The notes under the pieces: generated by a model
The model's database searches: none
Told to the model about the DNA's origin: nothing
The model's input: the letters and a program-made list of their open reading frames with translations, nothing else
Part shown: positions 20,259 through 31,101 of the stretch, in pieces
Position numbering within the stretch: position 1 is the first letter of the stretch
Layout of the letters: each line of letters starts with the position of its first letter
DNA from: a virus
Lineage: Duplodnaviria > Caudoviricetes
IMG/VR virus record: IMGVR_UViG_2852743531_000003
Location: 64,001 to 128,000 of that record
Reading direction: 5' to 3' (one strand)
DNA length: 64,000 nt
Program-made: the position numbers and the translations under genes

Positions 20259-21215
20259 ATGAAACGCTATGCGACGGCGTACGACACCACGCAGTGCAGT
20301 GGCTACGTACTGGACAGGCTGGACTCAGGACTGAAGGCGGCGCTGCTCGCGGGAGCGCTTGCACCTTCCAACGAGGCGGCCACGATACTGGAGGTGCACG
20401 GAGGACAGCCGCTCGCGGACGCGGTGCCCGAGTTTGCCCACCCGTGGCTGATTACGCACGAAAAAGAACGCGAACAAACACATGGACACGATTGGCGCGG
20501 GACCATCGTGTTCGATGCCCGCCCGTTCGGCGCCTTCGACAGGATCAAGGGGCAATTTCTTGTCCGCAACGAGATCGAATACGGCCTGCAACGGCGCCGC
20601 GCGCAACTGAACGACATCTGGGTCAATGACGATCCGGCGCTGCTGCGTGATGTCTCTCCGGTGGCGATGAGCCTCTTCGCAGGCTGGATCAGCGAGAACC
20701 TGGCAAGACGCTTCGCGCTCGATCCCCGCGAGCAGTTGAACATGGCCATCCTCTCGGCCATTCACTACCTTTCGCTCTTTTCCGACGATGGGAACATCGA
20801 TACGCCCCAACGCATAAAGATGGCGATGCAGGTGTCGCGTGGCTTGCGCTGTCCGGCTGAGGAAGTCATGACGCTGCTCGAGAAGCGGCAGCACGAGGGG
20901 CCAGGGATCATCGGCCTGTGCGGGGCTGCCGCAGATGCCACCGGTAGCGTGAGACTGCGTGAGCTCAACCCCGGCATCCTGATCAGCATCGTCAAGGGCA
21001 CGTGGTTCGGCATCAACGCCGCCGAAATGCTGGCCGTGGCGCTTGAACATCCGCCCACCTGGCTGGCCCTCCTTGCCGCCGCGCACATCGAACGGACCTA
21101 CCGGAATTCAGGCCTCGCGCGCATGGTCGAGCGTCAGGCCCACAAGGAACCCAACCAGCTCTTCCTGCGCGCCGTGCTCAATCTTGCACAACTGGCCGAT
21201 CGCGGTTCGCGCTAA
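20259..21215 (+). CDS. Virion structural protein (phiKZ gp28-like)
   Basis: 318 aa, divergent from the sheath gene; VALEHPPTW segment; position in the block. Confidence 0.72.
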   Translation: MKRYATAYDTTQCSGYVLDRLDSGLKAALLAGALAPSNEAATILEVHGGQPLADAVPEFAHPWLITHEKEREQTHGHDWRGTIVFDARPFGAFDRIKGQFLVRNEIEYGLQRRRAQLNDIWVNDDPALLRDVSPVAMSLFAGWISENLARRFALDPREQLNMAILSAIHYLSLFSDDGNIDTPQRIKMAMQVSRGLRCPAEEVMTLLEKRQHEGPGIIGLCGAAADATGSVRLRELNPGILISIVKGTWFGINAAEMLAVALEHPPTWLALLAAAHIERTYRNSGLARMVERQAHKEPNQLFLRAVLNLAQLADRGSR

Positions 21216-21282
21216 GCGCCGCCCCCTTGCCCAGGCTTCGTTTCTGTCGCCCTTCGCGACGCTCTTTGTCCGGGATACGAGC

Positions 21283-23925
21283 ATGTACGACTATCTCGTC
21301 GATAACGCTTTGCGCAATGTCTGGTGTGCTCCCACCCAGGACCGGCAGGCCATACTCCAGCCTGCGCGGCTCACCCCCGATGGCGGGGTCGTCAATAGCG
21401 TGCAGATCGACTGGTCCCAGTACCGCCTGCCGGTCAGCAACACCGCGTATCACATCTACCAGATCGGACAGATCAGTCCATTCCTGCTGGGCCTGCTGTC
21501 GTGGGCCCGAACATGGACGCCGTTTGCTGTCGCCATGAACCGGCTGAACCTGATCGTGGATCTGTACGTCAACTCCGGCATCCAGCTCGCACGCTTCCAG
21601 TCGTACTTCATGATCACCCGTGACAACAATCTGGTCGTCGCGGTGCAGTTGCAGTCCACCATCGACATCAACCTGGATCACGAACCCCTGTGCCTGCGGC
21701 TCTACAGCAATGCCTTTTTCCAGAGCCCACGCGCTACCGCCGGCGCGACACAAAACTACATCCAGACCGGCGGCATCGTCCCCAGGATCAAGACCGATAT
21801 CCTGCCCGTCCAGAATACCGTGACGGCACTCAGGGCGCAGCCAGGCACCGTGTACTGCTTCGTGAATGGGTTCAAGGTCGACACGATCAACGTGGTTACC
21901 GCGCAGCCTGGTGACGTGATCGAGTACGTCTATGACAGCTCGGTCTATCGCGTCGCGGATTTCGCACTCACCGGATTGCCGGTGTTCAACAGTACGCTCG
22001 ACAGCAAGTACAAGTACCTGCTTCACTACAACGGACGCGGACGCCACACCATCGACTACGAGGACGACATCGACGTGTGGGTCATCTACACGCTGCCCAG
22101 TGGGCTCACACAGGGCGTCTTCTACCACCACAACGAGACAGATGCGATCCGCAACGTCACGCACCGCGACTACGCGTTGCCCACGGCCTATGTCGCAGGC
22201 TATCTGTCTGCACGCGGAAACTGGAACTCGGAGTCGAACGTCACGATCCGCCTCCACATTCGCAAGGCCGGACTCGAGCGGCCACTCATCCATGAGAACA
22301 ACCGCATCTTCGAGCTCTACAAGCTCGATGACGACCAGATTGTCAGCGCGATGGCGGGCGTCGATGCGACGCTCGAAAACTGGCAGGCAGCCACACTGGA
22401 AGCCGCGCCCTATACCCGGATCATGCGCGCATGCAGTGACAGAAGCGGTAACAGCATGTTTGATCGCCGGACGGTCGAGGAAGCGTACGGGTACAACGCG
22501 ACGAGCCGGCTGGTTGGCATGAGCCCTCTCATTCCGGTACTGGAATCGGGCCAGCTGATCGTCAGCCTGCCCTACAACCTGCAGAGCAACGTCACGGCGT
22601 GGGAATACAACGAAGACGGCACCCTGCTTGGGTATTACCCGCATGCAAGCGGTGGCGTGTATGTCTGCCAGAACAGCGACTGTGCACTCGTCGAGGTGAT
22701 CTACGGTGCGGCCAGCCAGCTGCCCGACGACACCTACGGACAGGCGTCGCAGGTGATCGACCCGCGGCTCGACTACCGGATGTACACGTGCGACATCGCG
22801 TCGGTGACTGGCAAGCCGCTCCTGAACTGGACCGATGTGACCGGCAGCAGCCAGTATGCGATCCAGGACGGCATTCTTACCTGGCTAATCGACACCACGA
22901 AGACTTACACTTGCGTGAGAAGCAACCGGACGATGCTCGCGTACACGCTCTACATCCAGCCGCAGGAAGGCATCCTGCCGATCACGATCCAGCAGCAGGG
23001 CATTCTTGACTACGTGCTCCAGCTCTTCTCGATGCAGATCCCGATGGGCCAGCTCGACGTGTTCGTGAACGGCCGCTCGATGATCCAGGACCTGGACTAT
23101 GTGATGCGGTTTCCGGTGATCATGATTAACAACGTCTCGGCCCTCTCCTTTCCGCAAGACAGACAGCAACAGATCACACTACGCTGGACGGGCTTCTGCA
23201 ATAGTGATCTGTCAATTCCGCTGCATCGCGATGTCGGCTGGGTGCAGTATGGGCTTCTGTCGAACAATAACCGCTACAACATCCGCGACGACGATGTCAC
23301 GCGCATCGTGGTCGGTGGCGGTGTATTTCCGAAGTCGAACCTGAAGTTCGCCGAGGATGACGCCAACATTCTCTCGCCGCTGCCGATCAATGGCCTGCCC
23401 TATCAGGTCCAGAAGGTGATCGTGCCGATGCTCGGCGTCACGAACGAGGACACCTGGACCTACTTCGACCGCGCCCTTGCCGTCGACCGCGCGGTCGAGG
23501 ACTACATGACCCTCTACTATCCACTGCCTGCACCTGGCGTAGCAAGTGGCCCCGATGTCATCGAAGCACTCTATCCGCTGTTCAGCCCCTTCTGCTGCAA
23601 GATCATCTACGACCTCGTGCTCGGCATCATCGACGAGACGCCCCTCCAGTCGTTCTACAACGACGACTTCGTGCGCGAGGTCTGTCAACCCTATGAGTAC
23701 CTGCTGGCGTTCGACCCGACCCAGCCAGCCAATACACAGGATCCGCGGTTCGTGACGATCCGGCCGCACAACCTCACGGTGACCATTGCGCTCGAGATCT
23801 ATGCGTACAACTTCGTGAATAACGCGATCCGGATCTACCTTGGAAACCAGGTGCTGCTGAACAACTACGTCTCCATCGCCGACCTCACGGGTAGCAACGC
23901 GATCACCAGCGCAACCAGCAGTTGA
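21283..23925 (+). CDS. Large virion/baseplate structural protein (phiKZ gp27-like)
   Basis: 880 aa from ATG 21283; NVWCAP.QDRQ N-terminus; position in the block. Confidence 0.78.
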   Translation: MYDYLVDNALRNVWCAPTQDRQAILQPARLTPDGGVVNSVQIDWSQYRLPVSNTAYHIYQIGQISPFLLGLLSWARTWTPFAVAMNRLNLIVDLYVNSGIQLARFQSYFMITRDNNLVVAVQLQSTIDINLDHEPLCLRLYSNAFFQSPRATAGATQNYIQTGGIVPRIKTDILPVQNTVTALRAQPGTVYCFVNGFKVDTINVVTAQPGDVIEYVYDSSVYRVADFALTGLPVFNSTLDSKYKYLLHYNGRGRHTIDYEDDIDVWVIYTLPSGLTQGVFYHHNETDAIRNVTHRDYALPTAYVAGYLSARGNWNSESNVTIRLHIRKAGLERPLIHENNRIFELYKLDDDQIVSAMAGVDATLENWQAATLEAAPYTRIMRACSDRSGNSMFDRRTVEEAYGYNATSRLVGMSPLIPVLESGQLIVSLPYNLQSNVTAWEYNEDGTLLGYYPHASGGVYVCQNSDCALVEVIYGAASQLPDDTYGQASQVIDPRLDYRMYTCDIASVTGKPLLNWTDVTGSSQYAIQDGILTWLIDTTKTYTCVRSNRTMLAYTLYIQPQEGILPITIQQQGILDYVLQLFSMQIPMGQLDVFVNGRSMIQDLDYVMRFPVIMINNVSALSFPQDRQQQITLRWTGFCNSDLSIPLHRDVGWVQYGLLSNNNRYNIRDDDVTRIVVGGGVFPKSNLKFAEDDANILSPLPINGLPYQVQKVIVPMLGVTNEDTWTYFDRALAVDRAVEDYMTLYYPLPAPGVASGPDVIEALYPLFSPFCCKIIYDLVLGIIDETPLQSFYNDDFVREVCQPYEYLLAFDPTQPANTQDPRFVTIRPHNLTVTIALEIYAYNFVNNAIRIYLGNQVLLNNYVSIADLTGSNAITSATSS

Positions 23926-23943
23926 AGCACAGCGGAGATTTTC

Positions 23944-25653
23944 ATGGCCGACATCTTATCCGGTGCCGTCGAGCTGCCGGTCGGCACCGACGGCGGCGTC
24001 CCGATCAGGGGTCCTGACAACAGTCTGTGGGAGATATGGGCATACCAGAATCTCTGGCTCGGCGCCGCGGGCACTAACAAGTACATCCCGAAGGTCAACG
24101 ACTACGTCTGTGACTACACCATCAACCAGTGGTGGCGCGTGACGCTCATCGACCCCATCACGTATGTACCGACACTGGTGCCGCTCACCACCACGCCCAA
24201 CGCGGCCATGACCGAAGGAGACCTGCTGCAGGGTGTAGGCCCGGGCACACTTGCCGACACCTTTCGTGTGTATCTGGACACCAGCGTCATTCCCTTCATT
24301 CTGGCCGTCGATGGCCGACTCTGGTACCCGGGGCCCGATGTGGCTTCGGTCAAGCTGTTCACGGGGTCGGATTTCACGACCAACGAAAACTGCGTCAGCG
24401 GCTACTACGATCAGTCCGGCACGCTCGTCTCCCAGGCCATCACACTCGCGCCCGTCACAGTCCAGTTTCCCGATGGTTCGACCGGCACCGTTTCAGGTGT
24501 GCCGGTTTGCTATACGAACGTGCGTCTGGCCGACGCCACGCCGGTGACCGCCGTCGCCTATTCATCGACAGGCGCGGTCGTCTCCATCCGCCAGTTGCTG
24601 ATCCAGAATACCGGCTGCATCCGCCTGGCCGACTCCGGCGTGAAGTATGTCGTCGGCATCGAGCTCAGGACACCCTTCCTGTCGAGCTCAGACCCGACGC
24701 TCATCCAGTTCCCCATTAACGTGATCCTCGCGAACCTGAACCTGATGGGCATCGTGCGGTACAGCGACGGCACGAGCGCCATGCTGCCAGTCGACAACAC
24801 AAAATTCCAGATACTCGGCTTCAACGCCTTCGTCTCGACGATCGTCGGGCAGTCGTTTGACGTGGTGCTCAAGTACAACCTTTCACCCGACGAAGCGGTC
24901 TTCAATGCGAACTCGGTCGATCAGGTCGGCTTCATCACGCGGGCCTACCGCATGACGTCCATCAATTCGGCCGGCGCCTACGCGCTGAAGCTTCTCGCGT
25001 TTCCCGTGTGGCGTGACAGCATCACGGGTTACCGGCTCGACTGGTTCCTGTACAACCTCGATCGCAGCACGTGGTGGAACGTCACGAGCCTGGTGCAGTT
25101 CTCGCCGGCGTTCCCGCCATTCCAGCCGCTGCAATATGGTGTCCAGCAGGACATCAACGCGCAGGTACAGTTGAACAAGGTGGATCCCAGCTTTACGAAC
25201 TATCTGTTCAGCGCAACCGTGGCCATCACCCTGCTCGGGCCCGGTATGCAGGATTCCCCGTGGCAGATCCAGTTCGAACCCGGGCAGATGCCCCCTTACG
25301 GTCCCGGCAACGTCGCGGCCGTTAATGAAGTTCAGGCCAACCAGTACACCATCAATATCGCGAGCGGCTACCGGAAGCAGGCTGACTGGCTGCAGGCCCT
25401 CTACTACAACACGCTGCCTCTCACCGACCCGGCCACCGAGGCGCAACTGCCCGTGCCGACGCATTTCGCCATCCAGATGCCAGATGGCAGTGCTCCGATC
25501 GTGTGCCCGATTTCGCAATGGGCGTCGACCTTCAGCACAGGCGTGACGATTCCCGACGACAGCACGCTCTATGTGACCTTCTACATGCGCACGACGACAA
25601 ACGACCTGCAGCTGAGCATCTGCGGCCTGCCGGTGCGCTATCCAGGTACGTAG
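23944..25653 (+). CDS. Virion structural protein (phiKZ gp26-like)
   Basis: 569 aa, beta-rich, between the gp27-like gene and terminase. Confidence 0.75.
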   Translation: MADILSGAVELPVGTDGGVPIRGPDNSLWEIWAYQNLWLGAAGTNKYIPKVNDYVCDYTINQWWRVTLIDPITYVPTLVPLTTTPNAAMTEGDLLQGVGPGTLADTFRVYLDTSVIPFILAVDGRLWYPGPDVASVKLFTGSDFTTNENCVSGYYDQSGTLVSQAITLAPVTVQFPDGSTGTVSGVPVCYTNVRLADATPVTAVAYSSTGAVVSIRQLLIQNTGCIRLADSGVKYVVGIELRTPFLSSSDPTLIQFPINVILANLNLMGIVRYSDGTSAMLPVDNTKFQILGFNAFVSTIVGQSFDVVLKYNLSPDEAVFNANSVDQVGFITRAYRMTSINSAGAYALKLLAFPVWRDSITGYRLDWFLYNLDRSTWWNVTSLVQFSPAFPPFQPLQYGVQQDINAQVQLNKVDPSFTNYLFSATVAITLLGPGMQDSPWQIQFEPGQMPPYGPGNVAAVNEVQANQYTINIASGYRKQADWLQALYYNTLPLTDPATEAQLPVPTHFAIQMPDGSAPIVCPISQWASTFSTGVTIPDDSTLYVTFYMRTTTNDLQLSICGLPVRYPGT

Positions 25654-25720
25654 CGGACACAGAGCCGGCATGCGGCCCCCTCCCCTGCGAGGGAGGCAAG
25701 CCTCAAGCGGAGGCGACCAG

Positions 25721-27967
25721 ATGATCCTCTTCCTCGACGACTTCAGACAGTATCCGCAGGCGATCATCGACACCGACACTTCCAACCAGAGCTTTCTGAG
25801 GCTTGCGACGATCTACCGCCGGATGTCGGTGCACAACAATGCGTTTCTCCTCGCCCTCATCAACCCGGATCTTCAGGGCGTGGATCCCTTCTCCGCCGAT
25901 CTCACGCTCGAACAGATGGCTGCAATCGCGCTCGAGTGCAAGTCAAACCCCTTCTATTTCTTCCGCGAGGTATGCCGTATCCCGGTGAGCGGCACCAACG
26001 AGGCAGTCCCCTTCCAGGCCAACCGCGGCAACATCGCGCTCATCTGGTGTTTCTTCAATCACCTGATGATCTTCCTGATGATGATCCGGCAGACCGGCAA
26101 GTCTGTGGCGGTCGACTCGCTCATGGTTCTGCTGCTGAATTTCATCTGCGTGAACACCGAGCTCAACCTGCTCACCAAGGACGAGGTCCTGCGCCGCACG
26201 AACGTCGACCGCGTCAAGAAGATCATCGACGAACTCCCTCCCTACCTCCAGCAGCGCACCCGCCAGGACACCCACAACGGCGAAGAGATCACGATCAACC
26301 GCCTTGGGAACAAGTACAAGACGCACGTGCCCCAGGGTTCCGAAAAGGGTGCCTACAAGGTCGGGCGCGGCCTTACCACCCCCGTGATACAGATCGACGA
26401 GGGGCCGTTCCAGCCGAACGTGAGCATTGCCGTTCCCTCGGCGCTTGCCGCGCGCAACGCGGCGGTCGACGCCGCGCGTGCGAACGGCTCGCCCTATGGC
26501 GTGATCTTCACCAACACCGCGGGCAAGATCGACGACCGTGATGGCGCCTTCATCTACCGGATGCAGGGCAGCGCCGCACCATGGACGGAGAAATTCTACG
26601 ACGCGGAAAACGCCGAAGAGCTCGAGCGTCTGGTGCGAAAGTCCTCGCATGGGGAAAAGACCCCGGACGGCAGCCGGCGCAGCGTGTACCGTGTCAATAT
26701 CACGTTCAATCACCGACAGCTCGGCAAGACGGACGGATGGTTGCGCGAGAAGATCGAGGAGGCCGCCGTAACCGGCGATGATGCGAACCGCGACTTCTTC
26801 AACATGTGGACCTCCGGCACGCAAACGCATCCCCTGCGGCGCGAGATCCTCGAGCTGATCGTGAGAAGCCGGCAGGAACCGAAACACATGGAGATCAGCC
26901 GGGAAGGCTACATCACACGCTGGTATGTGCAGGAGCGCGAGATCGAGGCCAGAATGCGCCTGGGCCGCTTCGTGATCGGACTCGATCCGTCCAACGCTTC
27001 GGGCGGCGACGACATCTCTCTCGTGGCACTGGACATCGACACCCTCGAAGTGATCGCCGCCGGCACCTACAATGAGACCAACATCCTGCTCTTCTGCGGC
27101 TGGGTAGCCCAGTGGCTTATCCGCTGGGATACCACGACACTCGTCATCGAGAACCGCAGCCTCGGCCAGGCGCTGATCGACTACCTGCTCTACATGCTGC
27201 CAGGCCACGGCATCGACCCGTTCCGGCGGCTCTTCAACCGCATCGTCCAGGAGTACGACGAGCTCCCGGCCCGCTATCATGAAATTCAGGTGCCCATGGG
27301 GCGCCGCCCGACGGATATCTACACACGCTACAAGAAGGCGTTCGGCTTTACGACCTCCGGCGGCGGCACCTATGCGCGCAGTGAGCTCTACTCGGCCTCG
27401 CTGCAGCTCGCCGCAAAACGTGCTGGCTCCAATGCCCACGATCCGGTGCTCATCCAGCAGGTCGCGCACCTGACCACCCGCAACGGCCGTATCGATCACG
27501 AAGAAGGGCTGCACGACGACATGGTGATTGGATGGCTCCTCGCGCACTGGCTGCTGACCCGCGGCAAGATGCTGTCCTTCTACGGCATCGACGATCGCCG
27601 CATCGGCTCGGCGCTGAATGCCGGAGGGCAGGAAACCATGATCGACCATCAGCGTCGCCGCGAACAGCAGGCGATCCAGGATGAAATCGGGCGTCTGGCC
27701 GACGAGCTCTCACGCGAGCCCAATGAATGGGTCGCCGCGCGCATCGAGCATCAGATGCGGCTACTCGATCGACGGATCGTGCTCGAGGAAGGAGAGATCT
27801 TCAGCATGGACACGCTTATCAACCAGGCCAAAGAGAAGAAGCGCGAGCGACGGCTCCTGCGCCGCGCAGCTACGCCGGCGGATCCCCCCAACCCGTCGCC
27901 CCTGGGATTCTTCAGCGATACCCCGCCCGGTGCCAACATCCACACCCTCAAACGTGGTGGCTGGTAG
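25721..27967 (+). CDS. terL: Large terminase subunit (phiKZ gp25-like)
   Basis: 748 aa; Walker A RQTGKS, Walker B IQIDEGP, motif III TNTAG, nuclease motifs IGLDPS and HDDMVI. Confidence 0.92.
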   Translation: MILFLDDFRQYPQAIIDTDTSNQSFLRLATIYRRMSVHNNAFLLALINPDLQGVDPFSADLTLEQMAAIALECKSNPFYFFREVCRIPVSGTNEAVPFQANRGNIALIWCFFNHLMIFLMMIRQTGKSVAVDSLMVLLLNFICVNTELNLLTKDEVLRRTNVDRVKKIIDELPPYLQQRTRQDTHNGEEITINRLGNKYKTHVPQGSEKGAYKVGRGLTTPVIQIDEGPFQPNVSIAVPSALAARNAAVDAARANGSPYGVIFTNTAGKIDDRDGAFIYRMQGSAAPWTEKFYDAENAEELERLVRKSSHGEKTPDGSRRSVYRVNITFNHRQLGKTDGWLREKIEEAAVTGDDANRDFFNMWTSGTQTHPLRREILELIVRSRQEPKHMEISREGYITRWYVQEREIEARMRLGRFVIGLDPSNASGGDDISLVALDIDTLEVIAAGTYNETNILLFCGWVAQWLIRWDTTTLVIENRSLGQALIDYLLYMLPGHGIDPFRRLFNRIVQEYDELPARYHEIQVPMGRRPTDIYTRYKKAFGFTTSGGGTYARSELYSASLQLAAKRAGSNAHDPVLIQQVAHLTTRNGRIDHEEGLHDDMVIGWLLAHWLLTRGKMLSFYGIDDRRIGSALNAGGQETMIDHQRRREQQAIQDEIGRLADELSREPNEWVAARIEHQMRLLDRRIVLEEGEIFSMDTLINQAKEKKRERRLLRRAATPADPPNPSPLGFFSDTPPGANIHTLKRGGW

Positions 27968-27978
27968 TGCGACTGTCA

Positions 27979-28019
27979 CGGCAGACAAGCCGCGTCGGGC
28001 TTTTCTGCCGCTATACCGC
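27979..28019 (+). terminator. Hairpin + CTATACCGC variant element
   Basis: CGGCAGACAAGCC...GGCTTTTCTGCCG hairpin then CTATACCGC after the terminase stop. Confidence 0.5.
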
Positions 28020-28037
28020 TAGTGCACGTACGAGCAC

Positions 28038-28301
28038 TTACTCGCCGGCCGGGCCCTGCGCTCGCTTCGCCGGGTGCTTTTTGTGATGGTGGTGAGCGCC
28101 CTTGCTAGGGACACCCTCATGAGCAGGCTGCGCGTCCTGATCGACTACAGGCGGCTGGGCCTGGACGTCCCTCGCATGTTGCACAATCTGTGCAGCGACA
28201 TTGTCGTCATGGGTCATGACAATGCCGTTTTCCGTCGTTTGTGCCGATGCTGCGCCTGCCACGAACAACGAAGCGAGCAGCGCAAAAGAGATTTTTTTCA
28301 T
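28038..28301 (-). CDS. Small exported bacterial-type protein with His/Lys-rich tail
   Basis: 87 aa; Sec signal peptide MKKISFALLASLFVAGAASA. Confidence 0.8.
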   Translation of the reverse strand: MKKISFALLASLFVAGAASAQTTENGIVMTHDDNVAAQIVQHARDVQAQPPVVDQDAQPAHEGVPSKGAHHHHKKHPAKRAQGPAGE

Positions 28302-28504
28302 GGTCAGTTTCTTCACGTTGACAATTGGTCGCGAGCCGCTCCACAAAAGTTTGTCACGGCCCGCGCCCGGATTATCCATCAGGGCGTATAGAAAGTGGAA
28401 CGAGATTCAGGTCAGGAATCGCGTCGTCAGGCAGCGTCCGGTCTCATTTATTTTGAGACAGTTGCGTCTTGACAAGAAATGACAATTCAAAGGGGTCCGA
28501 ACCG

Positions 28505-28533
28505 TTGATCCTGACACGATCAAACGTTATAAA
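28505..28533 (+). promoter_or_regulatory. Sigma70-type promoter upstream of vgrG
   Basis: TTGATC-17 nt-TATAAA, about 100 bp before the vgrG start. Confidence 0.5.
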
Positions 28534-28632
28534 GTCAGGTGGACCAATCGCGGTCGCAGTCACGGCTCATCTCAGATTGCAGTTCTACCCTCCGGGCCGT
28601 GCCTTCCTTAAATTCCAGGGAGCCACACGCCT

Positions 28633-31101
28633 ATGGCGGACTTGCTGAACGCATTGCAATCCATATCGGGACGGCAGGCGTATTTCCTCGAAGTACCCGG
28701 CACCGACACTGCGTCGGCACTGTCGGTCGTGTCATTTGACGCCAATGAGATGATGGGGGCGCCCAATGAAGTGAGCATCGAGATGACCCATCCGATGCAG
28801 CTCTCACGAGCGGACTATCTGAATCGCGATGCGGTCTTCACGATCGTGCCCGACGATGGTGTGCCAAAAAAATTCTCGGGCTACATCGAGCGCTTCTCGA
28901 CGATCCAGACAACAAAGGACTTCACCCGGTATCGGGCCGTACTGAAATCGCACTTCGGGCGCCTGCAGGCCGTCACGAACACGCAGGTCTTCCAGCACCT
29001 CACCACCCCGCAGATCATCAGGAAGATCCTCAGCGCCCACGGCATCCGGGATCACCAGATGTCGTTCCGGCTGCGCGGCAAGTACATGAAGCATCTGTGG
29101 CGCTTCCAGCACCAGATGACGGACTATGACTATGTGCACATGCTCATGGAGAAGGCCGGCATCTACTGCTATATCGTCGAGTCCGAATACGGCGACCAGA
29201 TCGTCTTTGGCGACGACATCGACCACTACATCTACGATCCGCGGTTGATTGTTCCTTACCGTGAAGCGGCCGGCCTCGAGGCGGGTGGCGTGGAAGCGGT
29301 AACGTCCATCAGCACGCACTCCGTGATCGTGCCGCAATCCGTCGTCGTTGCCGATTACAACCCTGAGCAGGCCTGGGAACGTCTTCGCGACCAGGCCAAT
29401 ATCGCACCGCAGGACGAGACCACTTATGGCCAGAGCTACGTCTATGGTACCAATCATCTGGACCAGGATGGCGCGAAGTGGGAAGCGCAACTGCGTCACG
29501 AGGCAGCCATCGCCCGCCAGGTAATCTTCGAAGGCAAGAGCACCGTTTTCGCTCTGCAGTGCGCCCGTGTGCTGGAGACCGACATCGCGCTGCCCGATGC
29601 GCCGAAGGGCGAAGTGATCGTTGAGATCAGCCACAGCGGCGCGCGCGACAAGGCCTATTCGAACAGCTACAAGGCCATCCCGGCCGACCGGCGCTTCCGG
29701 CTCCAACTGGAGCCGGCGAAGTGGGCAAAAATCGCGGGCACACTCAGTGCACGCGTTTGCAGCCCGGACAAGTACACGTATGGCTACCTGAATTCGGTTG
29801 GTTACTACGTGGTACGGCTCGATGCCGACTTCGGAGAGTGGCCCCGCGGTGGCGAGAGCGTGCCGCTGCGTCTGGCAAAGCCGTTTGCAGGCAAGCTGCA
29901 GACCGGCATGCATTTCGTCGCGCTGGATAATGACGAGGCAAAGATCTCATTCCGAAACGGGGATCCCGACAAGCCCGAAATCAGCGGCTTCCACCACCAC
30001 AGCCAGGCGCGCGACCTTGTCACCAACGATCGTCGCTGGCTCTCGCGCAACATGATCCGTACGCAGAAGAACAACAAGCTGCGCATGGAGGACTGGGAGG
30101 GCCAGGAAGGCATCAAGCTGAGCACGGAGCACTCGGGCAAATCACAGCTCAATCTGGGCTATCTGGTGAACCAGAAGCTCGAATACCGCGGTGAAGGCTA
30201 TGAGCTCAGGACATCGGGATACGGCGTAAACCGCGCAGGCAAAGGGCTCTATCTGACGGCGTACGATCGCCCGGCCGCCAATGGCGCCCAGCGCGAGATG
30301 CAGGAGTCGATGGCCCAGCTTGAAAGCGCACTGGAGCTCGCCAAAGCGCTTGCCAATTCGGCAAGCAGCGCGAAAGCGGAGCCTGCCGACACAACCGCCC
30401 AGCAGCAGGTCAAGGACGATCTCGACGGCCTGAAGAAGCCCGGCCTCCTCATGAGCACGCCAGCATCGGCGGGTCTCGTGGCGGCCGGGGGGATCCAGTT
30501 TTCGGCGAAAGACGACATCGCGGGCGTGGCCGGCCGGAATGCTGACTTCAGCGTTATGAAGCGCTTTACTGCGGCGGTGGGCGAAAGGATATCGCTCTTT
30601 GCGCAAAAGCTAGGCATCAAGATTTTCGCAGCGAAAGGCCCTGTTGAGTTTCAGGCGCAGGGCGGCCCGATGTCGCTCACTGCGGCCAAGGACGTCAACC
30701 TCGGCAGCGTCAACGGGAAGGTCAACCTGACAGCGGCCAAGGAGATCATCCTTGAGTGCGGCGGCGCTTTCATCCAGATCAAGGACGGCAGCATAACACT
30801 TGGCGGTCCGCTCGATCTTTTCATCAAGACCATCACGATCCAGAAGCAAGGCACAGCTTCGATGCAAACGGCGATGCCGACACTACCGAAGTTTATTGAA
30901 CACCTTTTCGATCGCCCTGTTTGGGTCGTAGACGAACGTGGATATTCGATTCCGAATCGGCCTGTTCGAGTCCATTTGAAGAACGGCGAAATCTTGAACG
31001 GAAAGACCGATCACGACGGAATTACGCAGCTCGCCATCAGTGACGAAGCCGACGTATTGAAAATCGAAGTGCTGAAAAAACTCAGCGGGAAAAACGTATG
31101 A
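28633..31101 (+). CDS. vgrG: Type VI secretion spike protein VgrG with DUF2345 and TTR-like C-terminal extension
   Basis: 822 aa; gp27-like hub, LRLAKPFAG..GMHF, NGDPDKPEI, NKLRMED..GQEGIKLSTE..KSQLNLG and GIKIFAAKGPVEFQAQ segments. Confidence 0.93.
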   Translation: MADLLNALQSISGRQAYFLEVPGTDTASALSVVSFDANEMMGAPNEVSIEMTHPMQLSRADYLNRDAVFTIVPDDGVPKKFSGYIERFSTIQTTKDFTRYRAVLKSHFGRLQAVTNTQVFQHLTTPQIIRKILSAHGIRDHQMSFRLRGKYMKHLWRFQHQMTDYDYVHMLMEKAGIYCYIVESEYGDQIVFGDDIDHYIYDPRLIVPYREAAGLEAGGVEAVTSISTHSVIVPQSVVVADYNPEQAWERLRDQANIAPQDETTYGQSYVYGTNHLDQDGAKWEAQLRHEAAIARQVIFEGKSTVFALQCARVLETDIALPDAPKGEVIVEISHSGARDKAYSNSYKAIPADRRFRLQLEPAKWAKIAGTLSARVCSPDKYTYGYLNSVGYYVVRLDADFGEWPRGGESVPLRLAKPFAGKLQTGMHFVALDNDEAKISFRNGDPDKPEISGFHHHSQARDLVTNDRRWLSRNMIRTQKNNKLRMEDWEGQEGIKLSTEHSGKSQLNLGYLVNQKLEYRGEGYELRTSGYGVNRAGKGLYLTAYDRPAANGAQREMQESMAQLESALELAKALANSASSAKAEPADTTAQQQVKDDLDGLKKPGLLMSTPASAGLVAAGGIQFSAKDDIAGVAGRNADFSVMKRFTAAVGERISLFAQKLGIKIFAAKGPVEFQAQGGPMSLTAAKDVNLGSVNGKVNLTAAKEIILECGGAFIQIKDGSITLGGPLDLFIKTITIQKQGTASMQTAMPTLPKFIEHLFDRPVWVVDERGYSIPNRPVRVHLKNGEILNGKTDHDGITQLAISDEADVLKIEVLKKLSGKNV

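Noticed and set aside
21178-27649. Long antisense ORFs (e.g. 21178-22644, 25943-27649; also 997-2187, 8226-9335, 34490-35608)
   Set aside because: These are shadow ORFs of high-GC3 genes with no motifs, lying fully opposite well-supported CDSs.
16959-31101. Sheath + tube + VgrG read as a T6SS, tailocin or eCIS locus
   Set aside because: The sheath and tube are phiKZ-type and linked to a terminase and head protease. No TssB/C, Hcp, TssJLM, ClpV or Afp-type genes are seen.
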